NCBI GenBank assembly: GCA_002245135.1
Contig: NGBS01000016.1
Span: 1-64,000, forward strand
Source: Proteromonas lacertae
Taxonomy: Eukaryota
Length of the DNA stretch: 64,000 nucleotides
Direction: 5' to 3'
The notes beneath the pieces are model-generated. The model ran no database searches. It was not told where the DNA came from and saw only the letters and a program-made list of their open reading frames with translations. Shown one piece after another: positions 1 through 12,100 of the stretch. Positions within the stretch are counted from its first letter, which is position 1. The number at the start of each line of letters is the position of its first letter. Made by a program: the position numbers and the translations under genes.

Positions 1-3000
1 AAAACTTACTGTTAGATGCTAAAGAAAACAATAATATGGATTTTTACCAGTTCATTAATCAAAGAAAGTGATCATATAGATGTGAAATTACCATAAAGAG
101 TGAAAAAATGAAAATGTCAATTGGATATAAATATAATGGAATATTATTTGGATTAAAATAAAAGATAAATCAGAATATCCACTTATTCATTCTTGTTTAT
201 TAACAGATATTGGTAAAGAAAAGAATCATTTAGAAATAATGTTTAGTAAAAAGAATAAAGCATTAGAATTTGAAGGTGTGGATTTGCGAGATATTCCAGT
301 TACAGAGGATATGATAGAATACTATATCATAATAATAATTACATAATACCACATATAGATCCATCAGAAACAATAGATATACAGTTAAAACTTAATGATG
401 GATGGAAAATAATAACAATAGATTTAGATGTATATATTATCATAAATATAATGAAATAGAAATCATTAATGAACAATAAAAAAATGATGAAAATAATAGT
501 TAATAGAGTAGAAAATAATCTGAAGATTAATTACGGAGGTAAAGAAAAACTAGCAACTCTGTACATTTTAATGATAATATTAGATATGTATATATTGTGT
601 TTGTATAGAATGAATAGATTCAATTTAAAATTAATACAATTGACATAGAAATGATATACAAAGAAAAAGAAGAATACAAACAAGTAAAGATGAGATTTGA
701 GATGGATTTGAGAAAAGTGAAGTTAATGACTATAAATGCTTCATCCAATAATGTAATTGAGAATATATCAATTAATAATCAACATTCAAAACATGAAAAA
801 GAGAGTTCAAGTAATTATTATTGTGATTTGAATAATATGGAAATAGTTCTAGTAGAAAATATATCTTTTTAAAGTATTTCATTTACCAATTGTATTTCCT
901 TAATATTATATAAATAGATATTGTTGTTTCATCAATTCATTTCAATAATTTAAATATGCATCTGCCAATGATAGAATGTGAAAAATCATATTATTATACT
1001 TTGTGATGGAAATACATACTATTATTGATAAAAATGGAGTATTTATCCAATGTTATAGAAATGATGATAATTATCATGATTTATATAATAAAGAAATGAT
1101 ATTGTTACATATAGTAGAATAATTCCTTATATACCTCAGAATAGTATAGAAGATACAAAGAATTTTGTGATTGTTTTGATATTATTCTATCATGTATTAT
1201 AAATTCTATAGAAGAAAGAGATAATCCGTGGTATTATTGTTATTATTATAGTTTATATAGTAAGAATATTAATCAGTTACATTTGTGGAATTAGTGAAAA
1301 TGGAATATCGAATTTTTCAGATATTTTCATTAAACAATTCATAAAAGATTATAATCCAAAAGTATGCTATTGTTTTAAATGAATAATAATAGATGAATCC
1401 AATCAAACTATTGATGAATTTTAATCAAATAAAGCATGTATTCAACTATAAAAAGAATGGAAAATATACCAATGAAATTATAGAGATGGATGAATCATCA
1501 CTTCATTATGATCCAATATATGAAATCTTTACAATTCCTTTTGTATATGTTATTAGAATATAGTGAATTAGAATGATTATAAAGGCAATTATGAAATTGT
1601 TTATTGTAATGAAAAGAACATATCCTTTCTTTTTATTGTAATGATTATTATTTTCTTTAATACTTGTTTTAAGAGATATATCTTTGGTGTATCTCGTGAT
1701 TCTAAAGATGGATCATTGTTTCCTATTACAAGAATAACAAAAGAAAAGAATAATGAATATGGATATAAATCATTCAATTTTTTGAATGTATTTTTCTCAC
1801 TTTTATTTAATAGAAGAAAATGTATTATTATTGTGATGAAAATGACGTAATAATAACGAATTTATTAGTATTAACAGATGATTTAAAACCCAGAAAAATG
1901 TGGTTTAAGAAAGAATTTATATAAAAAAGTAGGTTTTGTCAGAATGGTTTATCTCTATATGTAACTCTTGACCATCCATACCATTTATGTTATCCAAATA
2001 AGTCTTTCTCAAATGAAGAAAATGATAAAAGAATAACATATTTCTCTTTCTCTGAAAATGCGAAGAATAGTATAACGTTTAATAGCAATACTGTGTATAT
2101 TCTAATCTATTCAAATTTGATTCAGAATATAAGTATAAATGTTTAGCTGAAAGTTCTTCCTATGGTAAATTGATTGGATATATATGTAAATATAATAAAG
2201 AAACGCATATGTTCTTTCATCCAATAGATAATCGAATAAAAGGATTTCACTTTACAAAAAACAAATATGGATTATTAATAATGGAAAGACTTAAAGAAGC
2301 ATTTAAACCATCTGGAAAAATGAAATTGAAATGCCATTTGGTTTGTCATCAGAATATAAATCAGATAAAAATGAAAATAATGTTATTAGAATTACTTCTA
2401 TTAAACAAGTAAATGATTTTCAAGTTTTATATTTATGGAAAAGTGATTATAGTCTTTTAAAATGGCTATTTTCAAGAGATGAAAGTTGTTATTTCTATTG
2501 TCTATATTATATCATTTTATTTGCATGACTTGAATAAGTTTCATTAATGATTTAGCTTATGGTGAATGTTTATTTAGTCAATATTACTTGGATAAGAATA
2601 ACAATGAAGCATTGTTTGGAGTAGATATAATAAAAAAGAAATGTATCTTTGGTGGTGATAATCATAATTATGTATAAATATATTTAATTGTAATGTAAAA
2701 TTAGGATTTATTTAGCAATATAAAAGGCTCAAATGTTAATGTAGTTAATAGTCATAATTATTATGATGTACATGATAAAAATGAATATGAAGATAAAAAC
2801 ATCAAAAGGAAAGACAGTATGTTACCTATCATTATATAGAAAATTATCTTAAATCTCAAAAGACAAATACCAAAATGACATATGATTTAGATAATTGCTT
2901 TGTTATTAAACTAGAAAAAGAAGTATATATTAATTTGATTAATTTTTATAGTTGATTATTCCTGATGAAACAATCAAATATAATGAAAAAGAATTCATTT

Positions 3001-3770
3001 TATCAGCAATATCTTATGATTGTGGATATACTTCAATTAATTACATTCGAGAATCTAACAAAAAATGGAAATGTGAGAATGGTAGCTTAATTGATTTTTA
3101 TGATGTAATTAATAAATCGTTGTTATATTTATCTATTCATTTATCGGAGATAAAGAACAAATATTTCTTATATGTTAATGAAGAGTTAAATATTGACAAA
3201 TTTCTGAATCATACAATTTTAGTACAAATGAAAATTGAAGATTTTATTTTTCCTGATTCTAATTTGCTAAATGATTATAACAAATCTGAGGAATGTAAAG
3301 AGTATTGCAAAGAGTTAAATAGATATTTAAATGACAAAGATAATATTAAAGGTAATAATTTTGGAAATGTTATACAAAGTAATGTTATGAAAAAATGTCA
3401 TAAAGAATTAGATAATTTTTACACATTTGAATCTTCGATAAATTTAGCTATTAAAGATTCAAAGAGGCAGCTACATCAACATTTGCAGGTTAATCAATAT
3501 AATAGTGGTGATTTAAATTTACCATTACCTAATTCTGAACCGCAGTCATCATTTACATTACAACCACAACAACAGAATATTCAACAGCAACAATATATAC
3601 TTCGACAATCACAACAATATATTCCTCAACAACAACAACATATCTATCAGCATAGTCAAAATATTCATCAATCACAAACTGAGCCGCAAGAAAAATATAT
3701 TTTACCATCAACACAGGATGAACAATGTGTAAAACCTAACACTTTCCCTCAAACATCATCATTATATTAA
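1..3770 (+). CDS. Orphan multi-exon gene A, copy 1 (5' part outside window; several frameshifts; Gln-rich C-terminal tail)
   Basis: ORF fragments 651-872, 1641-1850, 2170-2528 and 2952-3770 are colinear homologues of the fragments in 9154-14034 (shared FFHPxDNRIKGFHF, MPFGLSS, IRITSIKxVxDFQVLYL, IRxSNKKWKCExGSL). They are separated by GTAT..TAG introns. No recognisable domain. Confidence 0.7.
861..913 (+). other. Candidate U12-type (minor) intron, AT-AA, in gene A copy 1
   Basis: 5' end ATATCTTTT in phase 0 after ...VEN, branch site TTTCCTTAAT (895-904), ends TATAA. Same position as 11112-11165 in the paralog. Confidence 0.7.
1620..1673 (+). other. Candidate U12-type intron, AT-AG, in gene A copy 1
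   Basis: 5' end ATATCCTTT (perfect U12 donor), branch-like TTTCTTTAAT, ends TTAAG. Joins ...NEKN to RYIFGVSRD in frame. An internal GTAATG donor could also give an in-frame U2 intron. Confidence 0.6.
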
Positions 3771-4048
3771 ACATTATTATATAATAAAAGTTATGAATTA
3801 TATATTCTTGTTTTTATTATTAATATAATACTCTACATGAAAATAATAACCTACCTTCCAAAACTGTTAAAATGATAAAATCTTAAACAAACGCCATCCT
3901 GTTTCAATGGATGATTTTTTATGTATATAATATTGTTTTTCGATTTTTAATCAAACATATATGAATTATAAACCAATGCAGTATAATATAAATGTTATTT
4001 TCAATCATATTTATTATTTATTTTTGATAAATGTTAATGATTATTACC

Positions 4049-7000
4049 TTACTCTTCAAATTTATCATATTCAATCTTAAGAATATAATTTTCATCATCA
4101 TTTTTATCTTTCATTTCCTCTAAATTATCTACTTTGGAAAAAGAATCCAATGTTTCATCTTTCACATATTGCTTATTCTCAACTAATCCATATGAATGAT
4201 AATAGTTATCATATCCTAAAATACTTTTATGATAATTTATTATAATATCAATATCTTTAAAATTATTCGGATGTAAATATATAATTCCATTTTCATCATT
4301 TCCTTCTGTTTTTTCGTCTTTTTCTGGTACAACACATATAAATTCAAATGTTTTCCATTCTAATTTGTTTATCAACGATTTGATTCTTTTTGTAATTATA
4401 TACTTGATTTGTTTATCGTATAAAATTATACCATTTCTATCATGACATTTATTTCTGCTATTATGGACATGGATAAAGCAATTGTTTATCACATAAATCA
4501 TCTCTCCATTTCCTAATGTTTCTAAAAGAAGAAGATAGTATCCTTTTACACTAGTAGAATAAATTGGACAATTGAATATATCGTTGAATTCTATCAAATT
4601 ATCATTTGTAATAGGTATTATATTCAACCCTTTTTCATTTGTGTTATTACTTGTTCTTTTGTTAATTTCTGCACATATTAAACTATCTGTATAATACATA
4701 CATTTGCACCATACTAATTCTTGAAACAATAATCTATACGCTGGATTATCATATTCAGTTCTAAGTGATTTATAGAATATATATCTAATTATATTTATTT
4801 CATCTATTTTAGATGTATGTCTGATTGAATTGAACATATAATTTATTACTTCATTTGATATAAAGTTCATTTCATAATCGGCTATTTTAAAAATGTTAAT
4901 ATATGAATATTTTATTATAAAATGACATAAATTAATATCAAACTTTAGAAGTTCAGATATTTTGTAATAACTATCTTTACATGGGATTATATACTTTTTT
5001 ATGAAGTCTACAAACCCAAGATTGCCTATCACAATATTTATACCTTTACTATAAATTTCTTTCCAATAACTTCTGTTATAGTATAATTTATAAATAGCAT
5101 CAAAGTAAATATGGCGTGGAACAAATCCATATTTTTCTGATATATGATTATCTTTAATATATTGGCCAAAATTCTCAGGTAAACATTTTGTAATCCAGTC
5201 AGTTGTTTCTTCTGGAGAAAATACATCTAAATATAAACATTTACTATTATTACTATCATTATTAAAAAAATTTTCATAACTTTTCATATCTGGTGAACTA
5301 ATATAAAGTTCAAGAAGATGTTCATCTTCAGCTCTAATGTAATTATATGAATCTGATATTACAATATCAGCTATTTCATTATCCGTTCTCTTCAACTTAC
5401 CATTATTGCAAAGTTTATATATGACACATGTATTATTATGACTATTCTTATACACTAATACATTTAATGATTTCTTTTTACCTAAATATTTAAGCTGATC
5501 TTTAAAATAAAATAACTTACAGAGAAAATAGATGATAAAGGATGATTTACCTAGACCAGGATTGCTTCTAAGCAGGAAAATTTCTCCATTTTTACTTTCT
5601 TCATTAGTTATTATTTTATTCTTTTTCATTTCTAATATACACTCTTTCAATTTGTTCTTATATTCTTCTATTAACTGTTCTGTTGTTTTGTTTTTATCTT
5701 TTTCTATTTCTTGTTCATTTTGTTGAATATCTGCTTCTCTTTCTTGTGTATCTTTATTTATAATATCTATATTATTAAAATTGGTATTATCTTCTTCTTT
5801 TTCCTCCTCCTCATCATCATTTTCTTCTTCTTTTTCATTATTATTATCATCATCATCTTTAAATGATTTAATTAAATAATTCAATTTAATAGTAATTCTG
5901 AAATAATTCCATAGTTGTTTGTATGACTCTCTAACATACACTACTTGTTTAGGATACTGAAATACTTTACAATTTATATATATTTCATTTCCATTAATTA
6001 GAGGGAATCTTCTACCAAAAATTTTACATAATGAATCAACTTCTAATTAAATAAATAATAATAATAATAAATACTTGAACGACTTTTCTCTTTGTTTTCA
6101 TTTTCATTACTCTCGTCGCTTAGATGGATTTTTCTAGGTGGAAAAGGATTTTTACGTAAATCTTCTAACATTACTTCAAGTGTTTTTTCTACTTTATTAT
6201 TTGAATTAGTACGATTATTTATTTGATTTATTTGATTTGGTATATTAATATTACCCTTTTTACTTTTATCTTCTTCTTTCATATGTTCTTTTATTGAACT
6301 TTCTGAAAAAGCTTCTTTTTCAAATATAAACATTTTATCTTCTATTTTTTCATCTTTAAACTTTTCAAGAAAATCATCTGTAATAGTATGAGTATTAAAC
6401 TTCAATCTTAGACATCTTCGATATATTATTTGATCTTTTTCAGCATGGGGTATATTTTTCCAATCGTATATTTCATTCATTGTTTCATTCATTTCATATA
6501 TAAATGGTTCATAATCATCAAAATTTGGACTGCTAGCATCAATTCCAGTAGTTATCTTTTTATGATTATATACACAAAAATAAATTGGGAATATTGGATT
6601 AGTATATTTTAATTTCGATTCTATATCCATTTTTTCTTTCTTTTTTAACTCGCTCTTAATAGCCTATCAAATAATAGTATATATATATATATATACTTCA
6701 ATAATTTTACAATCATAATCTTCTGAATTAATTGAACAATCATACAGATAATCATTTAAATCATTCATTAATTTCATACAATTATCATTGATCTTTCCTA
6801 ATTCTATCAACTTACTTTTAATATCACTATTGAATGTTTTAATTGAATCTAATTGTATTTCTTTTTGTAATATAACATCTTTTAATCTTATTATCCTTTT
6901 AGGTTTATTAGTATTTTCTGTTTCATTATCTTCTTTGAGCTTTTGACTTTCTTTTTTTCTCTTATATATATCATTTTCCTCTTTAATTAATTTTTCATCA

Positions 7001-9110
7001 AGAAATTCATTTATTAAATCTTCATTATTTTTAATGAAGTTCTTGACTTCTTCTGGTATATTTTTTCTTTTCTTGATCTCATTAACCAAATACTATTTTT
7101 TAAATATTATATTATATATATTATACATAAAACTCTAACTTGGTCTTTTTATCATTATCTTTTACTAATTCATTTCTTTCACTATCAGGAATATATCCAA
7201 AGTTATATAGAGATGTAGAAATATCATCTATCTCATTTTCATTTTCTGATGTTTTATATTTATTATAACTCTCCATCAATTTTTCAATAATTTTTTCCTT
7301 ATATTTATTAAATAACATCTAATTATTATATTAATTATTATATATATACAGTAAAAAACACTATCACATTACTTTTGGTTTTATGTGTTGATGAAACTGT
7401 TATCTTAACACCAAAAATTGAACTTTTATCTATAAAACAACTGTCGATGGCAGGAAAGTTTTTATTCAAACTGAATTCTATATACCATGTTTTACTTAAA
7501 CTAAGATCTTCATTTAAAATGTCTATAAGATTTCTTTCTATTCCATTTATTGTTTCTAATATCACTGTTTTATCTATTCTAGCCAATTCTATTACCTTTG
7601 TCTTTAGAAAATAATGGCAAATTCTTTTAAAGAATAGTTCAATTCTGTATCTTTCAAACTCTCTAACTAATTGTTTGATTTCATCTGCATATTTGTATCT
7701 ATATAAAGGCATTAGATTCTTTAATAAATCTGACTGATATTTTAATTTGGTTGGAATAATATTATAACATTCTGTATCATATATAAAGAAATCTTCATCG
7801 TATTTATCTGGTAAATATTCAAATAATTCTTTTGTTTTATAATTATCATTTACTATTATTATTCCATTCTTACTGTTTATTGCATGTGCTATATTTCCAC
7901 CAAAATCTATTGCTTTCTTTAAATCTAAATCACTGCTATATCCATAATATTTTAATATGTCTTTCAACTCATCACCTTTAAATGGAGGAATATAAAATTG
8001 AATAGGTTGTCTCTTATTTCGAAATATCTTATATTTCTCTGAATTAGGTGATGATATCAAGATAATTATTGTATCTTGGCTGAATTCATCTTCACGAATG
8101 CATTCATTATCACTAATAATGATTGTAGGATGATCTTTTCTTTTAATTGGTATATCATTCATTCTTCTATATTCATTTTCTCCTGATTTTTTTACGAAAC
8201 ACGTTTGTTTATTTGTATTACCTCCACTAATAATTGCTATAATGTCATAATCATTAAATGCTTTTTCTTCTTTGAAAATATATGACAAATAATACCATAA
8301 GGTAGTCTTACCTATCTTCTTGTTGCCATATATGAGAAAACAACATTGAGGAAAAAAATTATTATCGTTCTTATTACAAACATCTCTACAATTCAAAAGT
8401 GTTTTTATTATATCTTTATAAATGTTCTTGTAACACTCTCTAACCATTATCCTATAATAATATTCTTTGCCTTCTTCATTTATATATCCTTTCTTATTAA
8501 GATTATTTTCTGAATTATAAACTGATTTAATTTCCTGTATTGGTTTTATTGGTTTTGGTGTGGATTTTGTTGCTAAATCTGTTAAATAAGTAATCTGAGA
8601 TTTTATTTCATTTTTTGCTTTTTTTGGAGATTCATCACTATTTTCATTCCATTTTCTTTTCACTTTTATTATACTGAAATTATTGCTCTTTACTTCTGAT
8701 GGCTTTTCAGTTGCTACTTCTTTATCTACGCTTGGAGTTATAAATGATCTGATTTCTTTCTTTCCTGCTGATAAAGATTCTGTGATCACTTCTTCTTCGT
8801 TGTCGTCTTCTTTGGGAGGTTCTGCTACTGATAATTCTAAGGAATAGGACGATTGTTCTTCGATGATGCTATCTTCATTGTAGTTTTGTTTTAAAGTTTT
8901 ACTTCTCTTCTGTGCTTCATTACTATTTGCGGCTAATTTTTCTGATGCTAGTGTAATTTCTGATTGCTTTCTTTTCTGTTTCTCTTCACCATTAATTTTA
9001 TAACTGACTCTGCTACGACTACTGCCACTAACACTGTTTTTGTTTTTGTTTTCTATATTTTTGGAACGAATAATGTAAAACTAAAAATATAAAACAAATG
9101 TGCTTGACAT
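4049..9110 (-). CDS. Crinkler/RHS-like protein B1: low-complexity N-terminus, P-loop NTPase 1, restriction-endonuclease-fold domain, coiled-coil linker, P-loop NTPase 2, divergent C-terminal domain (spliced, about 1,600 aa)
   Basis: ORFs 7338-8789, 7121-7318, 6667-7089, 6043-6630 and 4049-5941 are joined by short GTAT..TAG introns. Walker A motifs GNKKIGKT and SNPGLGKS, Walker-B-like IIISDN and IVISDS, SSP and G-x-x-PR motifs, and NFPAIDS...VKITVSSTH. The start near 9110 is uncertain. Confidence 0.75.
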
Positions 9111-9153
9111 AATCAAGCTTATATCATTCTGTGAGTTTTTAATTGAATTTAAA

Positions 9154-12100
9154 ATGCTTAACGCATATTTGAATAAATCTGAAGGTATCATCATATTATA
9201 TGTATGATATATTGATTAGTTTTCATTCCTTTGGAAAAGGTTTTGGAATATACAAAATCAGAAGATGAAGAAAAGGTATTGGATTGCTTTGAAAATTTAA
9301 TTATGAAGTGTGAAGAATATAATCAAATAGAATTATTTGAAATATATGTTAAATCTGTAAGTAAATATGTCTATAGGAAGATTAAAGGAGTTACAAAATA
9401 TGAAATATGAGAATATTCTAAAGACTGAGAAATATTATGCTATGATTGACTTTCTACTGCAATCTCCTTTCCCATTTCCTCATTGTTTATTGTTTGAGTT
9501 AATTGATCTTTTAAATTATGTGTATAGAAGTAAAATAATAATATTTTTTAGAATAGAAATCTCACAAAAGGATGGAATAATTAGTTTCTCTTTAAAGGCT
9601 GTTATAAGGATCAATTATTTCTCATTTATCTTACTGTTTATCACCAAACAGTTATAAAATGATTATTGACAAGTTCAAAACAAATAAATTATCAAAAGAA
9701 GCAAGTTTTCGTTCAACAAATATAGATAATGGGATAAGTGGGATATATGTTAACGATGGGAAGTTGTTACATATTCATTATAGTGATAAGAAAGTAAATA
9801 TCAAAAAAATAAAAATAACAGAAAGAGAAATATCAGCATATCAACTGAATGATTATTATTATTATTATAGAAATAAAGATGTATATATATATACATATAT
9901 ATATAACTGTTGTAATAGGATAAAATAATGAAAGTGAATCTTCTGTTTTGTAATGATGAAGAATGTTATTGGAAGAATGATTTTCTATTAGCTTATAATG
10001 CAGAAATTACATGGAATATAGTTAGAGATTCATTGACAAAGTGTTTGATATTTAGTATATATATATATATATATATAATGATTGTAATGTAAATTAATAG
10101 ATGAAAGTTTCTATTTAGAAACATCCAAAGAAATAGACTTTTCAGAAGAAATAGAAATATCATTTTACATAATCCCAAATGATATAGAAGAAGAATCAAT
10201 ATTACTTCACACAGATAAATGGGATATAATATTCCATAATGAAAACTTACTGTTAGATGCTAAAGAAAACAATAATATAGAATTGACTCCTATAAGTAAA
10301 ATAGGGAGATTTTATAAATGTAAAATTACAGTAAAGAGTGAAAAAATGAAAATAGTCAATTGGATATAAATATAATGGAATATTATTTGGATTAAAAATA
10401 AAAGATAAATCAGAATATCCACTTATTCATTCTTGTTTATTAACAGATATTGGTAAAGAAAAGAATCATTTAGAAATAATGTTTAGTAAAAAGAATAAAG
10501 CATTAGAATTTGAAGGTGTGGATTTGCGAGATATTCCAGTTACAAGAGGATATGATAGAATACTATATCATAATAATAATTACATAATACCACATATAGA
10601 TCCATCAGAAACAATAGATATACAGTTAAAACTTAATGATGGATGGGAAATAATAACAGTAGATTTAGATGTATATATTATCATAAATATAATGAAATAG
10701 AAATCATTAATGAACAATAATGAAAAAATGATGAAAATAATAGTTAATAGAGTAGAAAATAATCTGAAGATTAATTACGGAGGTAAAGAAAAAACTAGTA
10801 ACTCTGTACATTTTAATGGATAATATTAGATATGTATATCATTGTGTTTGTATAGAATGAATAGATTCAATTTAAAATTAATACAATTGACATAGAAATG
10901 ATATACAAAGAAAAAGAAGAATACAAACAAGTAAAGATGAGATTTGAGATGGATTTGAGAAAAGTGAAGTTAATGACTATAAATGCTTCATCCCAATAAT
11001 GTAATTGAGAATATATCAATTAATAATCAACATTCAAAACATGAAAAATCAGAGAGTTCAAGTAATTATTATTGTGATTTGAATAATATGAAGATGATTA
11101 CTATTCAATATATATCTTTTTCATTACTAGGATATATTTTTATTTAGTTATTTAACTAAATCTAATATCTTGTAAAATCACCTACTATTTATATAAGTGA
11201 AAATGAAAGTGAAGTTGACAATAGCAAAATCTCTTAACAAATTGTTTTCATGTGATGGAAATAATTGCTATATTATTGATAAGAACGGAATGTTCATTAA
11301 ATGTTATTATAATGACGATATTTATCACGATAGGCGAAATAATTCTTATAAAAAAGTTGTTTATAGTAGAATAATTCCTTATATACCTCAGAAAAATACA
11401 GAAGATACAAAGAATTTTATGATTGTTTTGAATATTATTCTATCATGTATTATAAATTCTATAGAAGAAAGAGATAATCCATGTATTATTGTTATTATTA
11501 TAGTTTATATAGTAAGAATATTAATCAGTTACATTTGTGGAATTAGTGAAAATGGAATATCGAATTTTTCAAATACTTTTCATTAAACAATTCATAAAAG
11601 ATTATAATCCAAAAGTATGCTATTGTTTTAATGAATAATAATAGATGAATCCAATCAAACTATTGATGAATTTTAATCAAATAAAGCATGTATTCAACTA
11701 TAAAAAGAATGGAAAATATACCAATGAAATTATAGAGATGGATGAATCATCACTTCATTATGATCCAATATATGAAATCTTTACAATTCCATTTGTATAT
11801 GTTATTAGAATATAGTGAATTAGAAATGATTATAAAGGCAATTATGAAATTGTTTATTGTGATGAAAAGAACATATCCTTTCTTTTTATTGTAATGATTA
11901 TTAATTTTCTTTAATATTTGTTTTAAGAGATATATCTTTGTGTATCTCGTGATTCTAAAGATGGATCATTGTTTCCTATTACAAATATATCTCCCAAAAT
12001 CATTGGAGGATATGAATCTAAATCCTTTGTTCTTTTTGGAGTATTATCTGTTTATTTATATATATATATATATGTTTTAGAATAGATTTTATTGTTGTTG

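Larger units (their letters stand above)
1..1735. repeat. Duplicated segment, copy 1: near-identical blocks (about 95-840 and 1110-1730) matching about 10335-11090 and 11364-11985
   Basis: Direct sequence match, e.g. aaaacttactgttagatgctaaagaaaacaataatat at 1 and 10243, and gaaggtgtggatttgcgagatattccagtt at about 272 and 10512. Confidence 0.95.
10243..11985. repeat. Duplicated segment, copy 2 (matches 1-1735)
   Basis: Near-identical sequence offset by about 10.24 kb, interrupted by divergent patches. Confidence 0.95.

Noticed and set aside
2952..3200. Resemblance of the gene A C-terminal region (FILSAISYDCG...YIRESNKKW...YFLYV) to a USP peptidase His-box
   Set aside because: The catalytic His and Asp/Asn are absent in both copies and no convincing Cys-box was found. 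Too weak without a profile search.
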